From: Opitutales bacterium
GTDB taxonomy: Bacteria; Verrucomicrobiota; Verrucomicrobiia; Opitutales; UBA2987
Assembly: GCA_965226885.1 (NCBI GenBank)
Contig: CBDDEL010000016.1
Location: 800,001 to 864,000 of the forward strand
DNA length: 64,000 nucleotides
Direction: 5' to 3'
This document shows, piece after piece, positions 1-11,005 of this stretch. Below the pieces are notes generated by a model. It did not search any database. It was given only the letters and a program-made list of their open reading frames with translations, and had not been told where the DNA came from. Made by a program: the position numbers and the translations under genes. Each line of letters begins with the position of its first letter. Within the stretch, counting starts at the first letter, position 1.

Positions 1-148
1 AAGCCCAGTCCAATTCGAGGAAAATATTTGCCCCCCATGGGGGGCAACGAGAAAACAAAACCCTTTACCAAAACAAGCCGCCTGACACACTAATCAATAA
101 ACAATGAATATAAGAGAATCCCGTGTCCAACAAATCCAGTACACGTCA
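1..148 (+). mobile_element. IS3-family element A, right end only (cut by window edge)
   Basis: Identical to the 3' ends of the full copies at 22667-23994 and 35139-36466; ends in IRR ...GAGAATCCCGTGTCCAACAAATCCAGTACACGTCA. Confidence 0.95.
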
Positions 149-379
149 AGAATGAATGAAATTAATTAACATTATTGATAGACCCGCAAGGAATTATATA
201 CAGAAATAATTCAAATAAAAAAGAAAAACTGATAAACCGGTTAACTTTTTTTCTAAAAAAAATTTCGGATTTAACAAACGGTAAATAGAAAATTATTATC
301 ACCACTTTTTTTTAATCTCGTAGTTTCCGGTTGCCTTCGGAGAAAACGGGAGGTCAAGATAGATTCGCAACGAACGATT

Positions 380-2953
380 ATGGCGAAAACCGGCAAACAA
401 AAGAAAGAGGGCTCCCTTACCCCCATGATGCGCCAGTATCAAGAGGTGCGGCGGGGGCTGCCGCCCAACACCCTGCTCCTCTTTCGCCTCGGCGATTTTT
501 ACGAAATGTTCCTCGACGACGCCGCCACCGGGGCCCCCATTATGGGTATCACCCTGACCAAACGCCACGGCATGCCCATGGCCGGGATTCCCTACCATGC
601 CGTCGACAATTACATCGGGAAACTACTGGCGGCAGGGAAAAAAGTCGCCATCTGCGACCAAATGGAAGCTCCCCAGCCCGGCAAAATCGTGAAACGGGCG
701 CTCACCCGTATCCTTTCGCCGGGCACGACCTTGGAAGACCATCAGAGCAATGCGCGCACCAATAATTTTCTCCTCGCCGTCGAATGGGAAAAATCCACCT
801 TGCAAGCGGCCTGGCTGGACCTTTCAACCGGGTATTTTCAAATCGCCTCGGACCCCTCGCCCGAAAATTTACTGGCCGTATTTTCCAGCATCCACCCGAG
901 GGAAATCATTATCCCGGAGGAGGCCGCCAATGTTTGGAAAAAAGATGAAAGCCTGCAATCCTGGGCAGATTCATTTTTTCAGTTTTGTCAAGGGCGTCCT
1001 GTCAACGAACTGCCCGCCTACCACTTCGATCAGCCCGGCGGAGCCCAGAGTGTGATGGACGCTTTGGGAGTCATCAACCTGCAAGGTTTCGGCATCGCTG
1101 CGGAACACGGCGGCCTAGGGCCGGCCGGCGCCTTGATCCATTACGCGACCGAAAGCCTTTGCTCCAAACCGGGCAATTTGCGTGGGATCAAGGAATACCG
1201 GACCGCCCGAACCCTTCTCCTGGATCCCGCCACCTTGAGAAACCTGGAAATTTTCCGCTCCTCTCAAAACCGGCGGGAGGGAAGCCTCCTGGAGGCCATG
1301 GACGCCACCGTAACGGCTGCCGGAGCACGCCTGTTGGAACAATACCTGGCCGAGCCAACCCTGAACCTTGAGGAGGTAAAGCGACGCCAAAACTGTGTCG
1401 GAGATTTTCTCCAGGGGCCCGCATTCGCCTCGGAAATCCAGGAATACATGAAGGGTATCCGCGATATTCCCAGAATCCTGGGCCGGCTGCAAAACCGCAT
1501 CCGAAACCCACGCGAGCTGGGCGGCATCCGCGACACCTTGCGCCAGATCCCTCTCATTTTGCAAGTTCTTGGGCAATTCGATGAACCCGGGTTGGAGAAA
1601 TTGGCTGGCAAAGCGCTCGATTATCCGCAGTTACGCGAACTTCTGGAAAAATCCCTCGCCGAGGAGCTTCCCAATCAATTGAAGGACGGCGGCTACATCC
1701 GCGATGGTTTTGATGAATCTCTCGACCGTCTGCGGGGTTCCTCCCTTGAAAATAAAAACTGGCTTTCCGATTTGGAGAGAGAAGAACGGGAACGAACCGG
1801 CATCAAAAAACTTCGCATAAAATACAACCGTGCTTTCGGCTATTTTATAGAGGTGACCAAGATTAATCTCGATCTTGTCCCCGATCATTACATCCGCAAG
1901 CAGACGACCACTAACGCTGAACGCTACTACACCGAGGACCTGAAACAAAAGGAGAAAGAAATCCTCCACTCCGATGAAAGGTCCATTGCAAGGGAGGAGG
2001 AATTGTTTCGCAATCTGGTGGCCCATGTCTTGGCCGAAGCGGAATCCCTGGCCGAAACCGCGCGCGCCCTGGCGGAAATCGATCTTTACATCGGCTGGTC
2101 GAAAATCGCCCGCGAATGGGACTATTGCCGGCCTGAAATGGATGACAGCAGCTTGCTCCAAATCGAGGTGGGCCGCCACCCGGTTATCGAGCAAACCATC
2201 CGCAAAGAGCGTTATGGCTTGGCCGGGGCGCGTGCATTCGTTCCCAACGATGCCTTTTTGAGCGCGGAAAAAGATCAGATAGGTATCATCACGGGGCCCA
2301 ACATGGCAGGTAAATCCACCTACATCCGGCAGGTCGCCTTGATTACCCTAATGGCCCAAACCGGTTCCTGGACACCCGCCCGAAAATGCCGCATCGGCCT
2401 GGTCGATCGCATATTTTCCAGGATCGGGGCCAGCGACGAACTGTCTCGCGGCAACTCCACCTTCATGGTGGAAATGAACGAGACCGCCAACATCATCAAT
2501 AACGTGACCGATAAAAGTCTCGTCATTCTCGACGAAATCGGGCGCGGCACCAGCACCTACGATGGCATGAGCATCGCCTGGGCGGTCGTCGAGCACTTGC
2601 ATGGGGAAAAGATCCGCGGTCCCCGCACCTTGTTCGCCACCCATTACCACGAGTTGACTCGGCTCGAGCAATTGCTGCCCAGGGTATGCAATTACTGCGT
2701 CGCGGTGAAGGAATGGAATGACGAAATCGTTTTTGTGCGGCAGGTCTTGCGGGGCGCCTCCGACCGCAGCTACGGCATCCAGGTAGCCCGCTTGGCCGGT
2801 CTCCCCCAGAAAATCATCGATCGGGCCAAAGTATTGCTGGAGCAACTGGAGGCGGACGATTCCAGCCACAATCTGGCGGCGGACCGAAAAGGGGGGAAAC
2901 GCTCCGGGGTGAAGGAACCCAAACAATCCTGGCCCCAAATGGAACTTTTTTGA
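380..2953 (+). CDS. mutS: DNA mismatch repair protein MutS
   Basis: 857 aa; N-terminal TPMMRQY...LFRLGDFYEMF, Walker A TGPNMAGKSTY, STFMVEM, LDEIGRGTST, FATHYHEL, SYGIQVARLAG. Confidence 0.98.
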   Translation: MAKTGKQKKEGSLTPMMRQYQEVRRGLPPNTLLLFRLGDFYEMFLDDAATGAPIMGITLTKRHGMPMAGIPYHAVDNYIGKLLAAGKKVAICDQMEAPQPGKIVKRALTRILSPGTTLEDHQSNARTNNFLLAVEWEKSTLQAAWLDLSTGYFQIASDPSPENLLAVFSSIHPREIIIPEEAANVWKKDESLQSWADSFFQFCQGRPVNELPAYHFDQPGGAQSVMDALGVINLQGFGIAAEHGGLGPAGALIHYATESLCSKPGNLRGIKEYRTARTLLLDPATLRNLEIFRSSQNRREGSLLEAMDATVTAAGARLLEQYLAEPTLNLEEVKRRQNCVGDFLQGPAFASEIQEYMKGIRDIPRILGRLQNRIRNPRELGGIRDTLRQIPLILQVLGQFDEPGLEKLAGKALDYPQLRELLEKSLAEELPNQLKDGGYIRDGFDESLDRLRGSSLENKNWLSDLEREERERTGIKKLRIKYNRAFGYFIEVTKINLDLVPDHYIRKQTTTNAERYYTEDLKQKEKEILHSDERSIAREEELFRNLVAHVLAEAESLAETARALAEIDLYIGWSKIAREWDYCRPEMDDSSLLQIEVGRHPVIEQTIRKERYGLAGARAFVPNDAFLSAEKDQIGIITGPNMAGKSTYIRQVALITLMAQTGSWTPARKCRIGLVDRIFSRIGASDELSRGNSTFMVEMNETANIINNVTDKSLVILDEIGRGTSTYDGMSIAWAVVEHLHGEKIRGPRTLFATHYHELTRLEQLLPRVCNYCVAVKEWNDEIVFVRQVLRGASDRSYGIQVARLAGLPQKIIDRAKVLLEQLEADDSSHNLAADRKGGKRSGVKEPKQSWPQMELF

Positions 2954-3009
2954 GCCTTTTTTTTCCAACGGAAATACTCTGCCCACACAACTCAAACCCC
3001 ACTCATTAA

Positions 3010-5598
3010 ATGAAAAACTGGACATTACTTCCATTTGCGCTACTCGGCGCAATCCTCTTCTCACAGCTTTCCTGCGTCAAATCGCCGGAAAAATCGACCG
3101 CCAAAGAAGAGGAAAAAGATAAAGAAGACGAAGAAAAAACCATTGCCGAAATCGTTGAAGAGAGCCAACGCTACGACGGTCTCTTTACTTTTTTCCAGGA
3201 CAAAAAAACGGGTGATGTCCACATGCTCGTCAATGCGGATCAGATCGACAAGGAATTCATCTATTTTTCACATACCGTTGATGGCATCGTAGAACCCGGC
3301 CATTTCAGGGGAAATTATCTCTGGAATTTCGTTTTTACGGTTCGAAAAAATTTCGACCAAATCGAGTTCATCGAAGAGAGCACCTCGTTTTATTTCGACC
3401 AGGACAACGCCCTTCACCGGTCGGCCGAAGCCAACATCAGCCGCTCCATCCTGGCCGTGGCCGAGATCGTCGCCCAGGATGAAGAAAAAGGTGAATACCT
3501 GATTGAGGCCGACACCCTTTTTCTCAAGGAAAATCTAAGCCAGATAACCCCTTCCCCCGATCCGGAACATGGGGATTCAGACGACGCCTTCAAACTAGGT
3601 TCCCTCAGCGAGGATAAAACCAGGTTTGTCAGCATAAAAAGCTATCCCCTCAACACCGATATCCTGGTGGAATACGTTTACGAGAATCCAACCCCCGATT
3701 GGGATGTTGAGGCTTATATCACCAATCCGAGAAATATCAGCATCAAAATCCAGCATAGCTTTCTGCCTATGCCGGAAAACGACTACATACCGCGCTTCGA
3801 CGACCCCCGTGTGGGCTATTTCCTGGACCGCGTGACAGACCTTACTTCTACCAGCGCGACTCCCTACCACGACCTCATCACACGTTGGCATCTCAAAAAG
3901 AAAAATCCCGGAGCCGAGCTCTCGGAGCCGGTTGAGCCCATCATTTTCTGGATCGAAAACAGCACACCGGTCGAATTTCGGGATACAATCAAAAAAGCGG
4001 GCGAGGCATGGAACGAAGCCTTCGAGTCGGCCGGTTTTAAAAACGCCATGGTGGTAAAAGTGCAGCCGGATGACGCCGAGTGGGATGCGGGCGACATCCG
4101 TTACAATGTTCTAAGGTGGACCTCCTCGCCCAATCCTCCCTTTGGCGGTTACGGGCCCAGCTTTACCAACCCGCGGACCGGTCAAATCATCGGGGCGGAC
4201 ATCATGCTGGAATACGTCTTTATGACCAATCGCTTGCACATGGAAAAACTTTTCGAGACGGCGGCGCTCGATTTTCCCGGCCAGGACAATCTGCCGCACA
4301 GCGGAATGACCTGCTCCATGGGCCATTTCATGCAATACAACAACTTGTTCGGCCAACAAGTACTGAGAACGGCGGGAGCTTCCGCCATCGAAATGAAACG
4401 GCTGATTGATGAAGCCCTTCATTTACTTATCCTGCACGAGATCGGCCATACCCTCGGGCTCAACCATAACATGAAGGCGACCCAGCTACACTCCATTGAG
4501 GATGTTCATAATCCAAAGATAACGGGACGGATCGGCCTCTCCGGGTCAGTTATGGATTATCACAGCATCAATATCGCCCCGCCCGGTGTCGAGCAAGGCC
4601 AGTATTACGACACCAAACCCGGCCCCTACGACCATTGGGCCATTGAATTCGGCTACTCCGAAGCTCTCGACGACCAAAGTGCAGAAGCCCAAAGGCTTGA
4701 AAAGATTCTCAGCCGTTCCACCGAACCGGAGCTGGCCTTCGGCAACGACGCCGACGATATGCGCGCTCCCGGCCGCCACATCGACCCCAGAGTCATGATC
4801 AGCGACCATTCCAGCGATGCAATCGGCTACGCGGAAGACCGGCTGCGCCTCACACGCCAGCTCATGCAGGGCATCAAGGAAAAATATTCAAAGCAGGGGC
4901 AATCTTATCATGAAATGAGAAATGCCTTCCTTATTTTGACGCGGGAACAAAGCACCTCGGCAAGAACGGTTTCACGATATATCGGCGGAGTATATGTGGA
5001 TCGGTCGATGATGGGCCAGGAGGGCGCCGGACAGCCCTTCACACCTGTCAGCCTGGCCAAACAGAAACAAGCCATGGAAGTCCTCAGTAAATATGTGTTC
5101 TCGCCGGAGGCTTTTGCCGCCCCGGAAGGACTCTACAACTACCTGGCCATGCAAAGGCGCGGTTTCGATTTTTACGACGATAACGAAGACCCCAAAGTCC
5201 ACCAACGGGTTCAGAATATTCAAAACGACATTCTCAACCACCTGCTTCACCGCAAAGTCCTGGCCCGCATCACGGATTCGCGGGTTTACGGCAACGAATA
5301 CAGCCTGATTGCATTCATGAGCGACTTGACCGATGCGGTTTTCCAGGCCGACGCTCACGCCGACGTCAATACCTTCCGTCAAAATTTGCAACTGGAGTAC
5401 GTCAACCGGCTGATCGCCGTAGCGGGGCCGGACGGAGATTCTAGATACGACTATCCTTCGCAATCGGCGGCCTTGCACAACCTCAATTCGATTAAAAAGA
5501 TGCTGCGGAATCGGCCGGTTGGAAACGAAGAAACCACCGCCCATACCGAACTCGTTCTCTTCACCATTGAGCGTGCCCTGGAAGTTAAAAAATCTTAA
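3010..5598 (+). CDS. Secreted/lipoprotein zinc-dependent metalloprotease (DUF5117/DUF5118/DUF4953, EcxA-like)
   Basis: Lipoprotein-like signal (LFSQLSC), DPRVGYF, WNEAFE.AGF, GDIRYN, HEIGHTLGLNHN zinc motif, Met-turn SVMDY. Confidence 0.9.
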   Translation: MKNWTLLPFALLGAILFSQLSCVKSPEKSTAKEEEKDKEDEEKTIAEIVEESQRYDGLFTFFQDKKTGDVHMLVNADQIDKEFIYFSHTVDGIVEPGHFRGNYLWNFVFTVRKNFDQIEFIEESTSFYFDQDNALHRSAEANISRSILAVAEIVAQDEEKGEYLIEADTLFLKENLSQITPSPDPEHGDSDDAFKLGSLSEDKTRFVSIKSYPLNTDILVEYVYENPTPDWDVEAYITNPRNISIKIQHSFLPMPENDYIPRFDDPRVGYFLDRVTDLTSTSATPYHDLITRWHLKKKNPGAELSEPVEPIIFWIENSTPVEFRDTIKKAGEAWNEAFESAGFKNAMVVKVQPDDAEWDAGDIRYNVLRWTSSPNPPFGGYGPSFTNPRTGQIIGADIMLEYVFMTNRLHMEKLFETAALDFPGQDNLPHSGMTCSMGHFMQYNNLFGQQVLRTAGASAIEMKRLIDEALHLLILHEIGHTLGLNHNMKATQLHSIEDVHNPKITGRIGLSGSVMDYHSINIAPPGVEQGQYYDTKPGPYDHWAIEFGYSEALDDQSAEAQRLEKILSRSTEPELAFGNDADDMRAPGRHIDPRVMISDHSSDAIGYAEDRLRLTRQLMQGIKEKYSKQGQSYHEMRNAFLILTREQSTSARTVSRYIGGVYVDRSMMGQEGAGQPFTPVSLAKQKQAMEVLSKYVFSPEAFAAPEGLYNYLAMQRRGFDFYDDNEDPKVHQRVQNIQNDILNHLLHRKVLARITDSRVYGNEYSLIAFMSDLTDAVFQADAHADVNTFRQNLQLEYVNRLIAVAGPDGDSRYDYPSQSAALHNLNSIKKMLRNRPVGNEETTAHTELVLFTIERALEVKKS

Positions 5599-6350
5599 GT
5601 CCAGCAAGTTTTCAAACGGGTTAGCTCCCGCCCATCATTTTCGCTGATGATTTGATGCAGGAACCAATTCCCTTTTTCGTTTTCTCCATCGCCATGAGGC
5701 TGGGAGCGGCTCAAGACCCTGTCACCGTAGCCGATCTCGCCCCGAAATGCGACCTCCAACTCTGCGGGGCCGGAATTTCTCCCCAATTCATCGGGTAAGG
5801 TTTCCAGGGCCCATTCAACATAAACGGCGTTGTTGAAATGCCGGTTAAGGTCGAGGTCGTTTAACCTAACCAGGAACGGCCTCTCAAGGTAAGGTAGATC
5901 GGTCTTTAATCTGGGCATTGGGCCGAGCGAATCATGGAGCGCGCGATCGGCATAGAGAGGGAAATCGGGAAGGATGGCGCCAGCGTTGACCGGTTTTTTC
6001 TTTTCCAGGTCAATTATAATGAATGTAGTGGTGGCCAGGGCCAGAATTTCACCGTTTTCGCCGGACAGCTCGAATTCCCTCATGGCGAAAATCTTTTTCC
6101 ATCCGTAGGGCCAGGTTCGCAGCGTCACCCGGTCTTCCCAATGTGGATAACGGAATACCTTTAAATGCAGGCGGGAGAGGACCCAACTGAATTTTCTCGC
6201 CATCAAGTCGTGCCCGCCGACTCCCAATTGATTGGCGTGCTCTCCGGCGGCATCTTCAAAATAATTCAAGAGGCTGACCGCCTTGAGCGCCCCCGTTGTA
6301 TCGGACTCGTAGCTGCGGACCTTGTATCGTTGGCTGTAAATAGGTTTCAT
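5595..6350 (-). CDS. Acyl-ACP thioesterase (FatA/FatB-like double hot-dog)
   Basis: YKVRSYESD, WVLSRL, DLDLNRHFNNAVYVEWALE motif. Confidence 0.9.
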   Translation of the reverse strand: MKPIYSQRYKVRSYESDTTGALKAVSLLNYFEDAAGEHANQLGVGGHDLMARKFSWVLSRLHLKVFRYPHWEDRVTLRTWPYGWKKIFAMREFELSGENGEILALATTTFIIIDLEKKKPVNAGAILPDFPLYADRALHDSLGPMPRLKTDLPYLERPFLVRLNDLDLNRHFNNAVYVEWALETLPDELGRNSGPAELEVAFRGEIGYGDRVLSRSQPHGDGENEKGNWFLHQIISENDGRELTRLKTCWT

Positions 6351-8392
6351 TGTTCGTTTGAATTCCTGAAAATCCAGTTCCAGTATTCTGCCGCCCTGGC
6401 TGCAATATAATCGAGGTCTTCCGGAAGAAGGAATCCCTGCGCGGATAATTCCTGCGTGGCCAGGCGGACTTTTTTCAGGTATTTTTCCCGGTTAGGATAA
6501 AGAGACTTTATGGCAGGCCGAGGATCGCCGGATTTCGATTTTTCCGATGCCGTTTTGGGAAAGGGAAGAAAATTTCCCCAAAAATCGATCATTTCATCGT
6601 CCCCGCCGGGGAAACCGGTGCGCAGGCTCCAGGGTGTAAAAGTGGCCAGGGGAACCCGCAATTCGACATTGCGGACACCTCCAAGCTCATTCCCGAATGA
6701 ATCCACTTGCGGAATAAGAACGGGATATGACGGACCAGCTTTCGGCGGCTGATGATCGATGATGCCCCTCCCCCATCGCGGACCGTAATCAACCCGGTAG
6801 GCGTTGTGAATTCGCAAAGGAACCTCGACACCGGGAATGCCGGGGAATTTGAGATTTTCCAAACGGGTCAGGGTCGCATTCGACAATCGCGGAAAGACGT
6901 TGGCGGGAGGCTCGATCTCTTTCGAGACCCATTCCGCCAGGCGAACGAGAAGAGCGCGGTAGTTCACCTTGAACTCGAGAGGATTCCCCCTGAAAAAACG
7001 CTCGTCCTCGAAGCCCCCTTTATCCTCGGGCGGAAACGGGGCCACAAAATGTTGGCCGCCGGCCAGGTGGTAAATGCGCTCAGTGCCTAGGGGTTCCACA
7101 TCTTTTTGCCCGTCGATAGTGGTGTGAATTAAAGCGGCCGCCCTGCCCCAGTATTCATAGCCGGTGTTGATATAAAATAGCTTGGGGATAAATGCCATGT
7201 CGGGAATATGGGCGAGCAAGCCGTCGGATCGCCAGTTGACCGGATCGAATTGAGTCCGGCTGGAAAAAGGAAAAATATCGGTTGGGTATAAAAAGGCGGA
7301 ATAACGATGCCCGTCGCGCGATGGTTGAGCAAAACGATGGTTAAAACTACCGCGCCCGGCCCCAGCCGTAATGATCATCATGCCGTCGTAGGCTATCCTT
7401 CCCTCTTCATCGGTGTTGAATCCATCGTAAAGAAATTTGCGGAGAAAACGGCCGGTTTGGGAAATTCCCGCCGAGATGCCATATCGAGCCGGGAACGGGC
7501 TGTTTTTATGGTACTTGGCATGGGATACAATATCGCGGATCACCGCCAACCCCAGGCCGATGATAACCGGGTCGCGCGCCTGGTAAACCAGTTCGTAAAT
7601 CCTTCCCGCCTGGAAACCGTTTTGCAACGTTATGGAATCGTTGGCAGCATCTTCGCTTGTAAATTGCCACTCCGGGCGGGGAACAACAATACGCTCGGCA
7701 TCGCGGCCATCCCGCACAGTCAGTACATTATCGGGATGCGCGGGATCATCCACCCTGTAATAAATATGTTTCCGATGGCTCAATGGCAGCGTATTCGCCG
7801 CATCGTCCACTGTCCAGTCGCTACGAACCAGACCGGTGAGGCTTTCTCCATTAACGCCCTTGGCTACAGCCGCTTCCAGCCGTAGAAGCCCTTTGCCCAA
7901 GGGAACATCCGCCTGCCAGCCGATCCACACCACCGTGAATCCCCGGCGAAGGAGTAATCCGTCGCCAAAAGATTCGGGGTTGTCGGCAGCCAGACTGCGG
8001 TCCGTGGCGCGGTTGAAATAATTGAGGGAAAACTTGCCCCCACGGTTGCTTATTTCGACCAAGACAATGCCGTTTCCGACGTCGGGATTGACCGGCTTGA
8101 GAACAACCAGATTGGCCCGGGCTTCAATTTCTCCCTCTTCATTGCGGGGAGCGAGTTTCAGATCGACGATACGCTCATTGGCCGGATGGGCGGGGTCGAG
8201 ACCGAATTGAACCCGCCCTTTGAGCAATTCATAAGGGCCGCTCGATCCAAAATTGCGGCCTTCCAGTAGAATTTCCCGCGAGTCGATTTCCACTTTGCGG
8301 ACTGCCCCGAATAGCGGCCCGGCAAAAGAAATTCCGGACAAGACGAGAAATAAAAAACCGCAACGTAACATGGAAAACGATTGTCCCGTCAA
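6347..8392 (-). CDS. Secreted alpha/beta-hydrolase-domain protein
   Basis: Signal peptide; nucleophile-like GISQTGRFLR, RGSFNHRFAQP, EYWGRAAALIH, VDSFGNELGGVR. Confidence 0.75.
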   Translation of the reverse strand: MTGQSFSMLRCGFLFLVLSGISFAGPLFGAVRKVEIDSREILLEGRNFGSSGPYELLKGRVQFGLDPAHPANERIVDLKLAPRNEEGEIEARANLVVLKPVNPDVGNGIVLVEISNRGGKFSLNYFNRATDRSLAADNPESFGDGLLLRRGFTVVWIGWQADVPLGKGLLRLEAAVAKGVNGESLTGLVRSDWTVDDAANTLPLSHRKHIYYRVDDPAHPDNVLTVRDGRDAERIVVPRPEWQFTSEDAANDSITLQNGFQAGRIYELVYQARDPVIIGLGLAVIRDIVSHAKYHKNSPFPARYGISAGISQTGRFLRKFLYDGFNTDEEGRIAYDGMMIITAGAGRGSFNHRFAQPSRDGHRYSAFLYPTDIFPFSSRTQFDPVNWRSDGLLAHIPDMAFIPKLFYINTGYEYWGRAAALIHTTIDGQKDVEPLGTERIYHLAGGQHFVAPFPPEDKGGFEDERFFRGNPLEFKVNYRALLVRLAEWVSKEIEPPANVFPRLSNATLTRLENLKFPGIPGVEVPLRIHNAYRVDYGPRWGRGIIDHQPPKAGPSYPVLIPQVDSFGNELGGVRNVELRVPLATFTPWSLRTGFPGGDDEMIDFWGNFLPFPKTASEKSKSGDPRPAIKSLYPNREKYLKKVRLATQELSAQGFLLPEDLDYIAARAAEYWNWIFRNSNEQ

Positions 8393-9861
8393 TCAAGGTC
8401 GAATTTGACACCCTGGGCAAGCGGCAATTGCCCACTGTAATTGATGGTGGCGGTCTGCCGGCGCATGTAGGCTTTCCAGGTGTCGCTGCCGGACTCGCGC
8501 CCGCCCCCGGTTTCCTTTTCGCCTCCGAACGCTCCCCCGATCTCGGCCCCTGATGTGCCGATGTTGACATTGGAAATTCCGCAATCGGAACCGCCGGGCG
8601 AGAGGAAAAGCTCCGCCTCGTCCACACGGCCGGTGAATATAGCCGAGGCCAATCCCTGGGGTACGTCATTGTGAATTTCCATCGCCTCTTCCAGCTCTGT
8701 GTAGGGAAGAATGTATAAAATTGGGGCGAAGGTTTCCTGCAGCACCCTTGTTCCTCCCCAGACTATTCCGCCCTGGTCGCGAGCGGCTTGCAAAGCGGCC
8801 TGCATTTGCTTCCATGCGGCCTCGTCGATGAGCGGCCCCACCAAAACGCCATTATCAGACGGGTTTCCTATGGAAAGGCTATCATAAGTTTTTTTCAGCC
8901 TTTCGATTAACGAAGAAGCAACCGACCGGTGGACGATGAGCCGGCGGAGGGTCGTGCACCTCTGCCCACAGGTTCCCACGGCGGCGAAAACGATGGCCCT
9001 TAAAGCCAGTTCCAGGTCTGCCGAGGGCGTCAGAATCATGCCATTATTGCCGCCCAGTTCGAGCAGGGAGCGGCCCAACCTGGCACCCACGGTTTGCCCC
9101 ACGCCCCGGCCCATGGGCACCGAACCGGTAGCCGAAACCAAAGGCAGCCCGCCATTGCTCGCGATGGCCTTGCCAGTATCGGCCCGGCCAACCGTTACGG
9201 ACAGTAAATCCCTGGGCAAGTCTGGCATCTCCGCCAACGCTATGTTGGCCAGCAAGTGGCAGGCCAGGGCGCACAATGGCGTCTTTTTGGAAGGTTTCCA
9301 GACCACCGGATCCCCACATACGAGAGCGATGCAGGCGTTCCAGGCCCAAACGGCGACGGGACAATTGAAGGCCGTGATGACCCCAACCGGGCCGAGCGGG
9401 TGCCATTGTTCCATCAGCCGATGGCCGGGCCGCTCACTGGCGATGGTCAACCCGTACAACTGCCGGGATAGACCCACCGCAAAATCGCAAATATCGATCA
9501 TTTCCTGCACTTCGCCGCGTGCCTCGGAGTCAATTTTTCCGGCTTCCAGGGTGACCAATTCGGCTAGGGCCTCCTTGTGCTCTCGAAGAACCATGCCCAT
9601 CTGCCGGACCAACTCTCCCCTCCGGGGGGCCGGAATTAAACGGAATTTCCTGAAAGCCACCTGAGCCCGGAGAACCGATTCCTTAACATCATCCGCTGTG
9701 CAGGAACCCACCCTGGCGAGGACCTCGCCGTCGATGGGAGAAATCGCCTCGACGATTTCCCCTCCTCCCGGCTTGAACTCCTGCCCCACCAGGTGACCGG
9801 GCAGATTGTCAATGGTCCCCAGGGCGTTGAACCCAAGCTTTTCAAACCAATCGTTGTTCAT
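8389..9861 (-). CDS. amaB: Aldehyde dehydrogenase family 7 (L-piperideine-6-carboxylate / 2-aminoadipate-semialdehyde dehydrogenase); probable in-frame internal deletion near 8740
   Basis: GEVQEMIDICDFAVGLSRQLYG, LELGGNN, GTCGQRCTTLRRL, TSGAEIGGAFGGEKETGGGRESGSD; GGTRVL runs straight into QETFAP without the usual YVxPAIVE segment. Confidence 0.85.
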   Translation of the reverse strand: MNNDWFEKLGFNALGTIDNLPGHLVGQEFKPGGGEIVEAISPIDGEVLARVGSCTADDVKESVLRAQVAFRKFRLIPAPRRGELVRQMGMVLREHKEALAELVTLEAGKIDSEARGEVQEMIDICDFAVGLSRQLYGLTIASERPGHRLMEQWHPLGPVGVITAFNCPVAVWAWNACIALVCGDPVVWKPSKKTPLCALACHLLANIALAEMPDLPRDLLSVTVGRADTGKAIASNGGLPLVSATGSVPMGRGVGQTVGARLGRSLLELGGNNGMILTPSADLELALRAIVFAAVGTCGQRCTTLRRLIVHRSVASSLIERLKKTYDSLSIGNPSDNGVLVGPLIDEAAWKQMQAALQAARDQGGIVWGGTRVLQETFAPILYILPYTELEEAMEIHNDVPQGLASAIFTGRVDEAELFLSPGGSDCGISNVNIGTSGAEIGGAFGGEKETGGGRESGSDTWKAYMRRQTATINYSGQLPLAQGVKFDLD

Positions 9862-11000
9862 GCCGAATAGATGTCCTTGAGGGGTTCTATGGCCGCGGAC
9901 GGTTCCTGCTTTGCGCCTTCCGTGTAAAAATACTGGCCAAATCGATTGTTGAGAAAATCAGCCAGGGAAACGGACTCCTGCCGGATGAAACCGGTCGAGG
10001 CGAGTCGCCCTTCGGCCTGCAGATCGACCACCGCGCAGATTCCCGCCGCGGTCGTTATCTGGATGGAGCTCCAATGTTCCCCGTGCACCTTGCGGTTATA
10101 AATTTTGCGGCCGTCGCTGACCTGCAAAAGTTGGCCGTTGATATGCCCGCTGACCGTGCAAAAGGTCAGCACCACATCCTGCAAGGTAATGGGAATCGCC
10201 TTCTCCAGAATGTCCTTCAGTATTTCCCTTCTCGCTCCCAGCCCGAGGCTTTCAATGAGGAAACGCATGAGATACTGGTGCCCTTGGTAGCGAACGGTTT
10301 TATAGTTAAGTTCCTTTACCTCGCCATCCAATGTATCGCAAAGGGTTCCCAAACCCCCGGATGTGTTAAAGGCCTCGTAATTGACTCCGTCGAGCGAAAA
10401 ACGCTCCAATCCACCCAATGGCACCATTTGAACCGGCTTGCCATCTGCAATGGCCTCGCAGGAATTGCAGTATTCATTGATCAATCCGTCTGTTGACCAA
10501 GTCAAATTATAGAGCATCATGTTGGAGGGAAATTGGGGAAGGGCCCCGACCCGCATTTTGACCTCCTGCAAACTCTCAAAACCGGCGCATAGATCGTTGG
10601 CTAGAATGCTGATGAAGCCCGGCGCCAAACCGCATTGAGGCATGAAGACCTGACCTTCGTGGGCTTGTTCGGCCAGCTCCATGACGGCATGCGAGGTGGC
10701 CACATCTTCAGTCAGGTCGAAGTAGCTGACTCCGGCGTTGAGGGCGGCCCTGGCAATGGAAGGATTGAGAAAATAGGGACAGGCCGACAAAACCCTCTCC
10801 CTCCCTTGCAGGCATTTGATCAATTTTCCTTCGTCCGTCACATCCAGATGTATAGTTTCGACGGGAAGGGCGTCCTTCAGGCGTTGCAGCGAGGCCTCGT
10901 CGGAATCGGCCACTGCGACTGTATAATCGCCGCTATGAAATAACAGTTTGGCAATCGCTCCGCCAATTTTACCGGAACCCAGAATGATTACGTTGCGCAT
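9858..11000 (-). CDS. Saccharopine dehydrogenase-family protein (candidate lysine 6-dehydrogenase)
   Basis: Rossmann GSGKIG, YFDLTEDV, CGLAPG, LTWSTDGLINEY, EAFNTSGG, YKTVRY.GH; ATGA overlap with the ALDH7 gene. Confidence 0.88.
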   Translation of the reverse strand: MRNVIILGSGKIGGAIAKLLFHSGDYTVAVADSDEASLQRLKDALPVETIHLDVTDEGKLIKCLQGRERVLSACPYFLNPSIARAALNAGVSYFDLTEDVATSHAVMELAEQAHEGQVFMPQCGLAPGFISILANDLCAGFESLQEVKMRVGALPQFPSNMMLYNLTWSTDGLINEYCNSCEAIADGKPVQMVPLGGLERFSLDGVNYEAFNTSGGLGTLCDTLDGEVKELNYKTVRYQGHQYLMRFLIESLGLGARREILKDILEKAIPITLQDVVLTFCTVSGHINGQLLQVSDGRKIYNRKVHGEHWSSIQITTAAGICAVVDLQAEGRLASTGFIRQESVSLADFLNNRFGQYFYTEGAKQEPSAAIEPLKDIYSA

Positions 11001-11005
11001 GCGAC

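Noticed and set aside
149..379. AT-rich region upstream of mutS as origin or defined promoter
   Set aside because: No DnaA-box cluster or iterons seen, and no -35/-10 pair I can assign with confidence.
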